DNA of 64,000 nucleotides from an uncultured Actinomycetota bacterium (GTDB lineage Bacteria; Actinomycetota; Actinomycetes; Propionibacteriales; Nocardioidaceae). The stretch lies in NCBI GenBank assembly GCA_963726525.1, contig CAVSCS010000007.1:69410-133409 (forward strand), read 5' to 3'. A program made the translations under genes and the position numbers. Shown in pieces: positions 1 to 11,757 of the stretch; the first letter of the stretch is position 1, and each line of letters begins with the position of its first letter. Under the pieces are notes generated by a model, which was given only the letters and a program-made list of their open reading frames with translations, searched no databases and was not told the origin of the DNA.

Positions 1-965
1 ACCAGCCGGATGTGGCGCTCGGTCTCGCCGACGTACTTGTTGAGCAGCTCGGGGCCCTTGATGTTGAGGAAGTACGACTTGCCGGACGCGCCCGTCCTCT
101 CGGCCACCTTCTTGGCCAGCGAGTTGGCCACGGCCTTGGCGATGAGCGTCTTGCCGCACCCGGGCGGGCCGTAGAGGAGCACGCCCTTGGGCGGCTTGAG
201 CTCGTGGTCCCGGAACAGCTCGGGGTGGAGGTAGGGCAGCTCGACGGCGTCGCGGATCGCGTCGATCTGGGTGGTGAGGCCGCCGATCTGCGTGTAGTCG
301 ATGTCAGGCACCTCCTCGAGCACCAGCTCCTCGACCTCGGACTTCGGCACGACCTCGTAGACGTAGCCCGCGCGGGTGTCGAGCAGCAGCGAGTCGCCGG
401 CGCGGATGGTGACGTCCTCGGCGAGCAAGGGCTCGGCCAGGCGCACCACGCGCTCCTCGTCGGCGTTCGCGATCACCAGGGCGCGCTCGCCGTCGGCGAG
501 GATCTCCTTGAGCATCACGACCTCGCCGACCTGCTCGAAGTCGAGGGCGGCAACCACGTTGAGCGCCTCGTTGAGCATGACCTCCTGGCCGCGCACGAGG
601 TCGTCCATCTCGACGGCCGGGCTCACGCTGACGCGCAGCTTGCGCCCGCCGGTGAACACGTCGACGGAGTCGTCGTCGTTGCGGCCCAGGAAGGTGCCGA
701 AGCCGGCCGGCGGCTGCGCGAGCCGGTCGACCTCCTCCTTGAGCGTGGTGATCTGGTCGCGCGCGTCACGCAGCGTCTGGGCGAGCCGCTCGTTCTGGCT
801 CGACACCGCCGCCAGGGACCGCTGCGCGTCGGCGAGCCGGCTGTCCAGCCCGCGGGACTGGCCCGGGACGTCGTCCAGTCGGCGGCGCAGGTCGGTGACC
901 TCCGCCTCCAGGTAGCGCACCTGGGTGGCCAGCTGCTCGCGGGTGGGCTCGGACATCTCGGTCAT
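1..965 (-). CDS. arc: Proteasome-associated AAA ATPase ARC/Mpa, N-terminal ~321 codons (3' end lies beyond window start)
   Basis: Absent from the ORF track because there is no stop codon in the window. My reverse-complement translation from the ATG at 965 (AGGAGG ~7 nt upstream) gives [23 protein letters not shown]... (coiled coil) and ends in Walker [21 protein letters not shown]. The plus-strand ORF 12..1142 is its antisense shadow. Confidence 0.85.
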   Translation of the reverse strand, partial: MTEMSEPTREQLATQVRYLEAEVTDLRRRLDDVPGQSRGLDSRLADAQRSLAAVSSQNERLAQTLRDARDQITTLKEEVDRLAQPPAGFGTFLGRNDDDSVDVFTGGRKLRVSVSPAVEMDDLVRGQEVMLNEALNVVAALDFEQVGEVVMLKEILADGERALVIANADEERVVRLAEPLLAEDVTIRAGDSLLLDTRAGYVYEVVPKSEVEELVLEEVPDIDYTQIGGLTTQIDAIRDAVELPYLHPELFRDHELKPPKGVLLYGPPGCGKTLIAKAVANSLAKKVAERTGASGKSYFLNIKGPELLNKYVGETERHIRL

Positions 966-1033
966 CTCGCACCTCCTGTTCCACGACACTACCCATTTCC
1001 CGGTGGGACGGAAGCAGTTGTCCGGAGTGTCGA

Positions 1034-1582
1034 TCACCCTTCGGGATCGTTGAGCCTCCGGATGGTCGCGAGCTCCTCGTCGGTGAACTCCCCGGAGGCC
1101 TCCAGCACCTGCTGCAGGACGGCCGACTTGCCCGCGAGGTAGGTGTCGATGTCCATGTCCGGGTCGTCGGCCAGCGCACGCTTCACCGCGGCGTACGCCT
1201 CGCGCAGCCCGGCGTCGCTGCGCAGCACGTCACGCACCGCGAGGTGGTTGCGCAGGTTCGTGGTGCCGGCGGTGCAGACGTAGACGTTGCGGCGCGGCGG
1301 TCCCGGCGCGTGGAACGCCTCGCGCCCGCTGACCCCGAGGTCGCCGCGGTGCTCGTAGCCGACCGACTCGAGGGCGGCGACCGCGGCCGTGACGTCCTCG
1401 GCGTCGACGACCACGTCGATGTCGAGGACCGGCTTGGCGGCGAGCGCCGGCACCGACGTCGAGCCGACGTGCTCGACCCGTGCCGATGCGATGTCGGCCA
1501 GAGCCACGCGCAGGTCGGCGGCCACGACCTGGAACTGCTCCGCCCAGCGTGCCGAGTGCTCGACGACCTCGATGCCGCTCAC
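1034..1582 (-). CDS. GrpB family protein
   Basis: This is the C-terminal 182 aa of ORF 1034..2497 ([17 protein letters not shown]...[22 protein letters not shown]...), which is GrpB/UPF0157-like. The GTG start at 1582 overlaps the trmI stop (GTGA). The upstream part of that ORF is Arg/Pro-rich noise. Confidence 0.75.
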   Translation of the reverse strand: MSGIEVVEHSARWAEQFQVVAADLRVALADIASARVEHVGSTSVPALAAKPVLDIDVVVDAEDVTAAVAALESVGYEHRGDLGVSGREAFHAPGPPRRNVYVCTAGTTNLRNHLAVRDVLRSDAGLREAYAAVKRALADDPDMDIDTYLAGKSAVLQQVLEASGEFTDEELATIRRLNDPEG

Positions 1583-2580
1583 GCCTCGTCGGTCTCCGCG
1601 ACCTCGGCAGGCTCGAGCGGCTCCACAGCCTCGGCGGGCGGGATGTCGGCGGGGCGCGGGCCGGTGTAGTCGGGACCGTAGGCACCCGGCGCGGGGCGCC
1701 GGGTCTTGCGGGGCGGCGCCTCGCCGGGCGCCATGCGGCGCGCGGTGACCAGGAACGCGGTGTGGCCGATCATCTTGTGGCCCGGGCGCACCGCGAGGCC
1801 CTCGACGTGCCAGTCGCGCACCAGGGACTCCCACGGCTGCGGCTCGGTGAAGCCGCCGTGCACGCGCAGCGTCTCGACCACGCGGGAGAGCTGCGTGGTG
1901 GTGGCGACGTAGGCGCACACGATGCCGCCGGGCACGAGCGCGTCGGCGACGACGTCGATGCAGTTCCACGGGTCGAGCATGTCGAGGATGACCCGGTCGA
2001 CCTGCCCGTCGAGCTGCGGGAGGGCTTCCTTCAGGTCGCCGAGCCGCAGGTCCCACGCGGGGTGCGACCGGCCCTCGGGGGCGGAGAAGAACTGGTCGAC
2101 GTTGCGGCGCGCGACCTCGGCGAACTCCTCGCGCAGCTCGAACGACGTCACCCGGCCCCACGGGCCGACCGCCCGCAGCAGCGAGCAGGTGAGGGCACCG
2201 GACCCCGCGCCCGCCTCCACGACCCGGGCGCCCGGGTAGATGTCGGCCAGCGCGACGATCTGGGCGGCGTCCTTCGGGTAGACCACCGCGGCGCCGCGCG
2301 GCATCGACACCACGAACTCGTTGAGGAGCGGGCGGAAGACGAGGTACTGGCCGCCGGCCGAGGAGGTGAGCGTGAAGCCCTCCTCGCGACCGATCATGTC
2401 GTCGTGGTCGAGGTGGCCCTTGTTGGAGAAGAACCGCTTGCCCGCGACCAGCTCGAAGTTGTGCTTGCGGCCCTTGTTGTCGACCAGGCGCACCCACTCG
2501 CCCTCGCGCAGGGGCCCCCGGTGGACGCCGGACCAGGCCTCGGCGGGGACGTCGGGGGCATCGGCGGGGCGCTCTGGCAT
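1579..2580 (-). CDS. trmI: tRNA (adenine58-N1)-methyltransferase TrmI
   Basis: 333 aa. It has the SAM-binding motif VVEAGAGSGALT and the Gcd14/TrmI-like core DRVILDMLDPW. Its position next to arc matches the Rv2118c neighbourhood. Confidence 0.85.
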   Translation of the reverse strand: MPERPADAPDVPAEAWSGVHRGPLREGEWVRLVDNKGRKHNFELVAGKRFFSNKGHLDHDDMIGREEGFTLTSSAGGQYLVFRPLLNEFVVSMPRGAAVVYPKDAAQIVALADIYPGARVVEAGAGSGALTCSLLRAVGPWGRVTSFELREEFAEVARRNVDQFFSAPEGRSHPAWDLRLGDLKEALPQLDGQVDRVILDMLDPWNCIDVVADALVPGGIVCAYVATTTQLSRVVETLRVHGGFTEPQPWESLVRDWHVEGLAVRPGHKMIGHTAFLVTARRMAPGEAPPRKTRRPAPGAYGPDYTGPRPADIPPAEAVEPLEPAEVAETDEA

Positions 2581-2614
2581 GGCGCAGACCCTAGTGGCCG
2601 CGACGGCGATCCGC

Positions 2615-3748
2615 TCAGCCGGCGGCGTTCTCCCGGAAGGCGCGGTCGACGTCGGCGGTGGACAGCACGCCGTAGATGCGCCCGTCCTCCTCGATCAGCA
2701 GGTACTCCTCGGCGGGCCGCCGGCTGATGGCGAGGATGAGCTCCTCGCCGGCGACGGTCGCGGGCAGGGTGAGCCCCTCCTCGATCGACCGGGTCACGGC
2801 CGACACCGTGACCCACGGGCGGCGCTCGGGCGGCATCGCGGAGACGGCGGCCTCGCTCACGATGCCGAGCGGCGTGCCGTCGGGGGCGACGGTGACGATG
2901 CTGCCGGCCTGCGCCTCCTGCGCGCGGCGCACGGCCTCGGCGAGCGGGAGGTCCTCCGGGACGGTGAGCGTGCGGCGGGCGAGCGGGCGCGCGACCAGGC
3001 GCGGCAGCCGCTGGCGCACGCGGGCGTGGGCGAGCTGGGCGCTCGCGCCGGTCCAGAGGAAGAGGCCGAGGATGAAGACGAGGACCAGGTCGATCACGCT
3101 GGGCGGGCTGCCGATGACCCGGTCCTGGACCAGCGGCCAGGCCAGCAGGGCGAGCGCGACCACGCGGCCACCCCACGCGGCCACGACCGTGGCGCGGTGC
3201 TCCTGGCCCGACGCGCCCCACACCAGCGCCTTGAGGACCCGGCCACCGTCGAGCGGCAGTCCGGGGACGAGGTTGAGCACGCCGATGAGGAGGTTGGCGC
3301 CGGCGAGTCCCTCCACCGCCACCCTGACGAGCCCGTCGGGGACCACGAACCACAACCCGACCGCGGCCACGCCGATCGCGATCGAGGTGAGCGGTCCGAC
3401 CACCGCGATCCAGAACTCGTGGCGCGGGCGGCGCGACTGGCCGTCGATCTCGGTCATGCCGCCGAGGAAGTGGAGCGTGATCGAGGTGACGCCGTAGCCC
3501 AGGCGCTTGGCGGTGACCGCGTGCGAGGCCTCGTGGAGCAGGACGGAGAGGTAGAGCACGACGGCGAAGACGAAGCCGGCGACGTACTTGAAGAACCCGA
3601 GTCCGGGCTCCACCTGCTCGATCCGGGGGGCGAACGTCACGGAGATCAGCACCGCGACCACGATCCACGAGGTCGTGATCAGCACGTCGATCCCCGCGAT
3701 CGAGCCGATCCGGAGGGTGCCGGGAGGGCGCGGCGCGGGGGTGGACAC
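2615..3748 (-). CDS. Site-2 (M50) membrane metalloprotease with C-terminal CBS pair
   Basis: 377 aa with multiple hydrophobic helices, the HExxH motif LLHEASHAV, a later NLVPGLPLDGG motif and a CBS-like tail. Confidence 0.85.
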   Translation of the reverse strand: MSTPAPRPPGTLRIGSIAGIDVLITTSWIVVAVLISVTFAPRIEQVEPGLGFFKYVAGFVFAVVLYLSVLLHEASHAVTAKRLGYGVTSITLHFLGGMTEIDGQSRRPRHEFWIAVVGPLTSIAIGVAAVGLWFVVPDGLVRVAVEGLAGANLLIGVLNLVPGLPLDGGRVLKALVWGASGQEHRATVVAAWGGRVVALALLAWPLVQDRVIGSPPSVIDLVLVFILGLFLWTGASAQLAHARVRQRLPRLVARPLARRTLTVPEDLPLAEAVRRAQEAQAGSIVTVAPDGTPLGIVSEAAVSAMPPERRPWVTVSAVTRSIEEGLTLPATVAGEELILAISRRPAEEYLLIEEDGRIYGVLSTADVDRAFRENAAG

Positions 3749-3827
3749 GCCACGACCCTAACCAACGCCGCCCACGGTCCCCGGACGCGAGACGACTGTC
3801 GGTGGGGCCGCCTAGGGTGACCGCGAC

Positions 3828-4751
3828 ATGACGACCTCACTGCCCGACCCGACGGCCGACCCCGCGCCCGTGCCGGCGGCCTCCCCCGCCGAGCGGCTCT
3901 CCACGCCGGTCGACGGCGTCGAGGTGGTCGGGGCGCTGTCCCCGAGCCGCGCGGGCGACTTCCTGGCCTGTCCCCTGCTCTACCGCTTCCGCACCATCGA
4001 CCGGCTGCCGGAGGAGCCCTCGCCCGACGCGGCGCGCGGCACCCTCGTGCACAAGGTCCTCGAGGACCTCTTCGACCTCCCCGCCGTCGACCGCACGCCC
4101 GAGCGGGCCGCCGCCATGCTCGACCCGAGCTGGGACGCGCTGGTGGCGCTCGAGCCCGAGCTCGCCACGATGTTCGGCGACGAGGGACCCGACGTCGGGG
4201 CCTGGATGGCCTCCTGTCGCACCGTGCTCCAGCGGTACTTCGACCTGGAGGACCCCACGCGGCTCGAGCCGGCCGACCGGGAGCTCTACGTCGAGACCCT
4301 GCTCGACTCCCGGCTGCTGCTGCGCGGCTTCGTCGACCGCATCGACGTGGCACCCGACGGTCGGATCAGGTTGGTCGACTACAAGACCGGTCGCTCGCCC
4401 CGGGAGGGCTTCGAGGCCAAGGCGCTGTTCCAGATGAAGTTCTACGCCCTTGTCGTCTGGCGGCTCCGGGGCGTGGTCCCCTCGTCGCTGCAGCTGGTGT
4501 ACCTCGGCAACGGCGAGATCCTGCGCCACGAGCCCGACGAGGACGACCTGCGCGCCACCGAGCGCAAGGTGGAGGCCATCTTCCGCGCGATCACGCTCGC
4601 TCGCGAGACCGGTGACTGGCAGCCGAACCCGTCGCGGCTGTGCGACTGGTGCTCGTTCCACCAGTACTGCCCCGCCAAGGGCGGCACCGTGCCGCCGCTG
4701 CCCGAGAGCGCTCCAGCGCCGGTCCCGGCGGGTCCTGCCCTGCCGGACTGA
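3828..4751 (+). CDS. RecB-family / PD-(D/E)XK (Cas4-like) exonuclease
   Basis: 307 aa. Nuclease core GFVDRIDV...RLVDYKTG and terminal Cys cluster CDWCSFHQYC (one early Cys, CPLLYRF), typical of Fe-S PD-(D/E)XK nucleases. Confidence 0.8.
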   Translation: MTTSLPDPTADPAPVPAASPAERLSTPVDGVEVVGALSPSRAGDFLACPLLYRFRTIDRLPEEPSPDAARGTLVHKVLEDLFDLPAVDRTPERAAAMLDPSWDALVALEPELATMFGDEGPDVGAWMASCRTVLQRYFDLEDPTRLEPADRELYVETLLDSRLLLRGFVDRIDVAPDGRIRLVDYKTGRSPREGFEAKALFQMKFYALVVWRLRGVVPSSLQLVYLGNGEILRHEPDEDDLRATERKVEAIFRAITLARETGDWQPNPSRLCDWCSFHQYCPAKGGTVPPLPESAPAPVPAGPALPD

Positions 4752-4834
4752 GCGGGTGCGCGCGGTGGCGGCGGGACTGGGTAGCGTGCGCCCTGTGAAC
4801 ACCGAGACCTGCACGAGCGTGCTGCGGTTCCTGC

Positions 4835-5320
4835 GTGGGGCGAGCCGTGACCGGGGCTGAGCTCCTCGACGAGCTGGCGGCCCAGGAGTCGCGCCTGGTC
4901 TTCGACAGCTTCGACGACGAGACCGCGTGGGCTCTCGGCGTCGCTCTGCGGGAGGCCGCGGTCGCTGCCTCGCTGCCGCTGGCCATCTCGATCCGGCGCA
5001 ACGGTCAGCGTCTCTTCCACGCAGCGCTCCCGGGCGCGTCGGCGGACAACGACGGCTGGCTCGAGCGCAAGAGCGCCGTGGTCGACCGCTACGGGCGCTC
5101 CTCCCTGCGCGTGGGCGAGCAGTTCAGGGTCGGTGGCGGGTCCTTCGAGGCGAGCTCGCGCCTGGACCCCTCCGACTACGCCGCCCACGGTGGGGCGTTC
5201 CCCGTCCTGGTCAGGGGCACCGGCTGCGTCGGCACGATCGCGGTCTCCGGGCTGCCGCAGCTGGAGGACCACGAGTTCGTCGTCACCACGATCGAGCGGT
5301 TCCTCGCTGCCCGACGGTGA
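4835..5320 (+). CDS. UPF0303 / heme-degrading (GlcG-HbpS-like) domain protein
   Basis: 161 aa with motifs SIRRNGQRLFHAALPG and GGAFPV...GTIAVSGLPQLEDHE. The start could instead be the GTG at 4847. Confidence 0.7.
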   Translation: MGRAVTGAELLDELAAQESRLVFDSFDDETAWALGVALREAAVAASLPLAISIRRNGQRLFHAALPGASADNDGWLERKSAVVDRYGRSSLRVGEQFRVGGGSFEASSRLDPSDYAAHGGAFPVLVRGTGCVGTIAVSGLPQLEDHEFVVTTIERFLAARR

Positions 5321-5375
5321 GGCAGTCCCTGGTTCGGGACCACGCGTTCCGGTGCTGAGACCTAGGCTGCGATCC

Positions 5376-5663
5376 GTGAGGGACGACACGACGACGCCGA
5401 CGGGGTGGGACCAGCCTGAGGACCCCGCGCTCGACACTGCCGCGCTCGGCGCGATCGCACTCGTCGTCGCCGTCCTGAGCGCCCTGTGCGCTCTCTCGTA
5501 CTTCTACAGCGTCCTCGCGTACGTGGGCGCTGCGGTGGCCCTCCCCCTGGCAGTCGTCTCTCGTGGGGTTCCCCGGAGCCGTGCGCTGGGCACGGTCGCG
5601 CTGGTCGTGGCCGTAGCAGCGTGCCTCGCCGCGACCGCGGTCCTGGCCTCGGTGGGCCGCTGA
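5376..5663 (+). CDS. Small membrane protein (DUF4190-like), two predicted TM helices
   Basis: This is the 3' part of ORF 5133..5663 from an in-frame GTG. It has strong G/C bias at third codon positions and two hydrophobic stretches (LGAIALVVAVLSALCALSYF and ALGTVALVVAVAACLAATAVLA). Confidence 0.5.
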   Translation: MRDDTTTPTGWDQPEDPALDTAALGAIALVVAVLSALCALSYFYSVLAYVGAAVALPLAVVSRGVPRSRALGTVALVVAVAACLAATAVLASVGR

Positions 5664-5686
5664 CCGCGCTGCCCGGGCGAGCACGG

Positions 5687-6847
5687 CTAGGGGGCGATGT
5701 AGGCCTCGGGCGGCACGGCGGGACCGTCGCCGGCGCCGAAACCCTCGGTCACGAGCTCGGGGGCGACCTCGTGACGGGTCAGCTCGCCGGCCGCGATCTG
5801 CTCGGCGAAGTGGCAGGCGACGCGGTGCCCCGAGGTCGCTCCCTCGACCTCGACGACCCGCAGCAGGGGCCGCTCGGTGTCGCAGCGCGTCTCCTGCCGC
5901 CAGGGGCAGCGGGTGTGGAAGCGGCACCCGGTGGGCGGGTTGGCAGGCGAGGGGAGGTCACCGGTCAGCAGGATCTGCTCACGGGAGTCCTCGACGACCG
6001 GGTCCGGGACGGGCACCGCTGACATCAGGGCGCGCGTGTAGGGGTGCAGCGGCAGGTCGTAGAGCTCCGCGGCGCCCGACTCCTCGACGAGCCCGCCGAG
6101 GTACATCACGCCGATCCGGTCGCTGATGTGGCGCACGACGGCCAGGTCGTGGGCGACCACGAGGTAGGTCAGCCCGAGCTCGTCCTGGAGGTCCTGGAGC
6201 AGGTTGATGACCTGCGCCTGGATGGAGACGTCGAGGGCGCTGACCGGCTCGTCGGCGACGATGAGGTCCGGGCCCACCGAGAGCGCCCGCGCGATGCCGA
6301 TGCGCTGGCGCTGGCCGCCGGAGAACTCGTGCGGGTACTTGCTGAGCGCGGCCGGCGGCAGGCCCACCGACGACATCAGCTCGCGCAGCCGGGTGTGGGT
6401 GGCGGCCTTGTCTCCGGCGAGCCCGTGGGCGCGCATGCCCTCCAGCAGCAGCGCCTCCACCGTCTGGCGCGGGTCGAGGCTGGACAGCGGGTCCTGGAAG
6501 ACCATCTGGAACCGCTTGCGCTCGCGGCGCAGGTCCTCGCCCTTGAGCGAGGCGACGTCGGTGCCGTCGAACACCACCGAGCCGGCCGTCGGCGGCTCGA
6601 GGTTGAGGATCGCCTTGCCCAGGGTCGACTTGCCGCAGCCCGACTCCCCCACCAGGCCGTAGGTCTCGCCGCGGTGGATGGTGAGGTCGACGCCGTCGAC
6701 CGCACGCACGTGGCCGACGGTGCGGTCGAAGACGATCCCGCTCTTGATCGGGAAGTGCACCTCGAGACCGGTGACCTCGACGAGCACGTCGTGCTCCCCC
6801 GCCTGCTGCCCCGGCTGCCCGGGTGCCTGGTCCTGCACCGTGCTCAC
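5687..6847 (-). CDS. Oligopeptide/dipeptide ABC transporter ATP-binding protein (OppF/DppF type)
   Basis: Walker [10 protein letters not shown], signature FSGGQRQRIGIARAL, Walker B LIVADEPVSALD and a C-terminal oligopeptide_F-like Cys region (CRFHTRCP). The GTG start at 6847 overlaps the upstream stop (GTGA). Confidence 0.9.
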   Translation of the reverse strand: MSTVQDQAPGQPGQQAGEHDVLVEVTGLEVHFPIKSGIVFDRTVGHVRAVDGVDLTIHRGETYGLVGESGCGKSTLGKAILNLEPPTAGSVVFDGTDVASLKGEDLRRERKRFQMVFQDPLSSLDPRQTVEALLLEGMRAHGLAGDKAATHTRLRELMSSVGLPPAALSKYPHEFSGGQRQRIGIARALSVGPDLIVADEPVSALDVSIQAQVINLLQDLQDELGLTYLVVAHDLAVVRHISDRIGVMYLGGLVEESGAAELYDLPLHPYTRALMSAVPVPDPVVEDSREQILLTGDLPSPANPPTGCRFHTRCPWRQETRCDTERPLLRVVEVEGATSGHRVACHFAEQIAAGELTRHEVAPELVTEGFGAGDGPAVPPEAYIAP

Positions 6848-7845
6848 CGCACGTCCTCCGTCGGGTTGAAGCAGCGGAAGCCGACCACCTGGTCGCCCTC
6901 CCACTGCGGGGTGTGGCTCGTGCACGCGTCGATCTCCCGCGAGCAGCGCGGCGCGAAGGCGCACGCCGAGTCCCACGGCAGGTTGTCGGCGACCGAGCCC
7001 GGGACGGGCGAGAGCTTCTCGCCGCGCGGCGCGTCGAGCCGCGGGATCGAGTCGAGGAGCCCCGTCGTGTAGGGGTGGCGCGGCCGGCGGAACAGCCCGT
7101 GCCGCCCGCCCCGCTCGACGATCTTGCCGCCGTAGAGCACGTTGACCTCGTCGCACAGGCCGGCGACCACGCCCAGGTCGTGGGTGATCATCACCAGCGC
7201 CGTCCCGGTGTCGACGACGAGCTCCTTGAGCAGCGCCAGGATCTGCGCCTGGATCGTCACGTCGAGCGCGGTGGTGGGCTCGTCGGCGATCAGCAGGCGC
7301 GGGTTGCAGGCCAGCGCCATCGCGATCAGCGCGCGCTGGCGCATCCCCCCGCTGAGCTGGTGGGGGTAGTTGATCAGGCGGGCCTTCGGGTCGGGGATGC
7401 CGACGCGCTCGAGGAGGTCGGCCGCCTTGGGCGTCGCCTCCTTGCGGCTGAGCCCCTGGTGGCGCTCCATCACCTCGGTGACCTGGCGCCCGATCGTGAC
7501 GACCGGGTTCAGCGAGGACAGCGGGTCCTGGAAGATCATCGCGATGTCGGCGCCGCGCCGGTCGCGCATCGCCGAGGGCGACAGGGCGAGCAGGTCCTCG
7601 CCGTCGTAGACCGCCCGGCCCGAGACCGTGTTGCCGCGACCGGGAAGGAGGCCCATCACGGCAAGGGACGTCACCGACTTGCCGCAGCCGGACTCGCCGA
7701 CCAGGCCGACCGTCTGGCCGGGACGTACGTCGAAGCTGACGCCGTCGACGGCGTGGAACGGCTCCTGGCCCTGGCGCTGGAAGGTGACGCGCAGGTCCTG
7801 GACCGAGAGCAGGGGCTCGTGGGAGCCCATCGGGTGGCGGGTCAT
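6844..7845 (-). CDS. Oligopeptide/dipeptide ABC transporter ATP-binding protein (OppD/DppD type)
   Basis: 333 aa with [37 protein letters not shown] and a C-terminal Cys-containing tail. Confidence 0.9.
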   Translation of the reverse strand: MTRHPMGSHEPLLSVQDLRVTFQRQGQEPFHAVDGVSFDVRPGQTVGLVGESGCGKSVTSLAVMGLLPGRGNTVSGRAVYDGEDLLALSPSAMRDRRGADIAMIFQDPLSSLNPVVTIGRQVTEVMERHQGLSRKEATPKAADLLERVGIPDPKARLINYPHQLSGGMRQRALIAMALACNPRLLIADEPTTALDVTIQAQILALLKELVVDTGTALVMITHDLGVVAGLCDEVNVLYGGKIVERGGRHGLFRRPRHPYTTGLLDSIPRLDAPRGEKLSPVPGSVADNLPWDSACAFAPRCSREIDACTSHTPQWEGDQVVGFRCFNPTEDVR

Positions 7846-7849
7846 GCGG

Positions 7850-8886
<1,037 letters not shown>

Positions 8887-8890
<4 letters not shown>

Positions 8891-9897
8891 CTCGTCCTGA
8901 TTCGGGGGTCGATGACGGCGTAGGCGATGTCGACGAGCAGGTTGACCAGGACGTAGATGGCGGCGGCGGCCAGGATCAGCACCTGCAGCACGGCGTAGTC
9001 CTTGTCGCGGAACGCCGTGGCCAGGGCCGCCCCGACCCCCTGGTAGGAGAAGACGGTCTCGGTCAGCACCGCGCCGGCCAGCAGCCCGCCCACCTGGAGG
9101 CCGATGGTGGTCACCACGGGGAGCATCGCGTTGCGCAGCACGTGGCGCCCGCGGATGACCCGGGAGGTGAGGCCCTTGGCCTCGGCGGTGCGGACGTAGT
9201 CCTCGTCGAGGACGTCGAGGACCGAGGCACGGGTGATCCGGAAGATCACCGCGAACGGGATGGTCGACAGCGCGACCGCCGGCAGGATCAGGTGCTTCAG
9301 GGCGTCCCAGGCGGCGTCCCACTCGCGGGTGAGGATGCCGTCGAGGACGAACATGCCGGTGATGCGGGTGGCGTCGAGGCCCGTGCTCTGGCGTCCGGAG
9401 ACGGGCAGCAGGTTCCACTCGACGGCGAAGAAGTACTTCAGCAGGAAGGCGGTGAAGAACACCGGCACGGCGACGCCGACCAGCGAGAAGACGACGGCTC
9501 CGGTGTCGGCGGCGGACCCGTGGCGTCGCGCCGCCATGTAGCCGAGCGGGATGCCGAGGGCGATCGCCAGCAGCATCGCCAGGAGGGAGAGCTCGATGGT
9601 CGCCGGGAGCCGGTCGAGGAAGATCTGGAGCGCGTCCTCGCCGGGGAGCACCTTGGTGGAGACACCGAAGTTGCCGTGGACGGCGCGCTCGAGGAACTTG
9701 AGGTACTGCACCGGCAGCGGCTGGTCGAGGCCGAGGGCGGCCTCCAGCGCCGCCCGGCGCTCGGGGGTCTGCCGCTCACCGAGGATCGCGGACACGGGGC
9801 CGCCCGGCAGCGAGCGCAGCCAGGCGAAGACGAGCACGGACAGCACGACGACCACCAGCACCATCTGCAGGAGTCGGCGTACGACGAAGCGAAGCAC
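8887..9897 (-). CDS. Peptide ABC transporter permease (OppB/DppB type)
   Basis: 336 aa with the N-terminus MLRFVVRRLLQMV, typical of OppB/DppB, and the EAA-like motif YVRTAEAKGL. GTG start with GAGGAGA upstream. Confidence 0.9.
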
Positions 9898-9990
9898 GGG
9901 GTGTTCTCCTCACACGCCTGCGTGGGCCGGCGGTCGTCGCGCACGACGACCGCCGGACCTCACGCAGATCGGTCGGTCAACGGGTGGGCG

Positions 9991-11658
9991 TCACTTCCCG
10001 CCCTCGACGGAGACCGAGGCGAACTCCTCGGCGGTCAGCGGGCTCGGGACGACCCCGTCGACACCGGGGCCCACGACCAGGGCCGGCGGCGAGTGGCTGA
10101 TCGGCAGACCGGGGAGGTAGTCCTCCATGATCTGCTGGTTGATCTTCTCGAAGGCCGCGGAGCGCTGCTCGTCGTCGACGATGGCGTCGGCCGACTTCAG
10201 GTCCTCGGACAGCTGCTGGCCCCACGGGTAGGCCTCGGTGCCGAAGTCGTTCTCCTTGAGGTTGCCGAAGAACGTGCCGACGAAGTTGAACGGCGAGTCG
10301 TAGTCGCCGGTCCAGCCGAGGATGTAGGCGTCGTAGCGGCCGGCCGTGACGTTGTCGAGGTAGCCACCGTTCCAGGAGGCGGTCTTGACGTTGACCTTCA
10401 CGCCGATGGCCTCGAGGTCGGTGCGCAGGGCCTCGTAGATCTTCTGCGGGTCCGGCATGTAGGGGCGGCTGACCTCGGTCGGGTAGGCGAAGGTGAGCTC
10501 CATGCCCTCGGCGCCGGCCTCCTTGAGCAGGCGCTTGGCCTCCTCGACGTCGTAGGAGTACGGCTCGAGGTCGGTGGCGTAGCCGCTCACGGTGTCGGGC
10601 ATGAACTGCGTGGCGACGGTGGCACCCTCGGGCAGCTGCGTCTGGACGAGCTGCTCGCGGTTGAGGGCGTGGTAGAGCGCCTGGCGGACCTTGAGGTCCT
10701 TCAGCTGCGGGTTCGCCTCGGGGTTCAGGCCGAGGTAGAGGATGTTGAAGGCGTCGCGGATCTCGACGCTGTTGCCCGCGTCCTCCAGCCCGGACCAGTC
10801 GACCGGGTTGGGCAGGTCGTAGCCGTTGATGCTGCCGGCCTCGAGCTCCTGGCGGCGCGTGCTCTCGTCGGGGATGACCCGGAAGACCAGCTCGCTGGTC
10901 TTGGCGGGGTCGCCCCAGTAGTCGTCGTTGCGCTCGAGGGTGATGGTGCCGTTGGCCTGGTCGTACTCACCGAAGGTGAAGGGCCCGGTGCCGACCGGGT
11001 TGTCGGCGTAGTCGGGGAAGCTGAAGCCCTCGCCCTCGGCGGCGATGCCGTTGGCGTCGCCCTCCTCCATGGCGGTCGGCGACTGCATCGCCAGCGCGGC
11101 GAGCGACAGCATGGTCGGGAAGCCCGACGTGGGGCCGCTGATCGAGATCGTGGCCTCGTAGTCGCCGGTGGCCTCGCAGCCCTGGTAGAGGGAGTTGGCG
11201 GCGTCGTTCTTGAACGAGCCCATGACGTAGCCCCAGTACTCGCCGGCGGTCTGGCCGGCCTCGTTCTGGTCGAACATCCGCTCGAAGTTCGCGCAGACGG
11301 CGTCGGCGTTGAAGTCGGTGCCGTCGTGGAACTTCACGTCGTCGCGCAGCTCGAAGGCCCACTCCGTGCCGTCGTCGTTGGGCGTCCACTTCGTGGCGAG
11401 CTCCGGGACCACCTCGGCCGTGCCGGGCTCGATGCCGACCAGGCCCTGGAACATCTGGCGGGTGACGCGGAACGTCTCGCCGTCGGTGGCGTAGAACGGG
11501 TCGAACATCTCGGGGGCGCCGGCCGCACCGAACACGAAGGTCCCGTCGTCGCCACCCCCGCTGCTGCTGTCGTCGCGGTCGCTCTCAGCACAGCTGGCGA
11601 GGGTGGCGGCCGCCAGCACTGCTGCTGTGAGCGCGGCTGCGGTACGTCGAGGGGACAT
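9991..11658 (-). CDS. ABC transporter substrate-binding lipoprotein, family 5 (peptide/nickel)
   Basis: The ATG at 11658 has GGAAGGA upstream. The signal peptide ends in the lipobox LASC, followed by an SBP_bac_5-like body (GTGPFTF..., DYNQ-like segments). Confidence 0.85.
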   Translation of the reverse strand: MSPRRTAAALTAAVLAAATLASCAESDRDDSSSGGGDDGTFVFGAAGAPEMFDPFYATDGETFRVTRQMFQGLVGIEPGTAEVVPELATKWTPNDDGTEWAFELRDDVKFHDGTDFNADAVCANFERMFDQNEAGQTAGEYWGYVMGSFKNDAANSLYQGCEATGDYEATISISGPTSGFPTMLSLAALAMQSPTAMEEGDANGIAAEGEGFSFPDYADNPVGTGPFTFGEYDQANGTITLERNDDYWGDPAKTSELVFRVIPDESTRRQELEAGSINGYDLPNPVDWSGLEDAGNSVEIRDAFNILYLGLNPEANPQLKDLKVRQALYHALNREQLVQTQLPEGATVATQFMPDTVSGYATDLEPYSYDVEEAKRLLKEAGAEGMELTFAYPTEVSRPYMPDPQKIYEALRTDLEAIGVKVNVKTASWNGGYLDNVTAGRYDAYILGWTGDYDSPFNFVGTFFGNLKENDFGTEAYPWGQQLSEDLKSADAIVDDEQRSAAFEKINQQIMEDYLPGLPISHSPPALVVGPGVDGVVPSPLTAEEFASVSVEGGK

Positions 11659-11757
11659 CCGAGATCCTTCCGTCCGGTATCCGGTCCAAGTTGTCCCGAA
11701 CCCTAGACGCATCGGCGTGATCCGGGCCACAACCGAAGGTCACGGTCAGGTCACGTG

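Noticed and set aside
12-1142. 376-aa plus-strand ORF at the window start
   Set aside because: It is antisense to a clearly recognisable arc/mpa AAA ATPase (Walker A GPPGCGKT on the minus strand). It is a shadow ORF.
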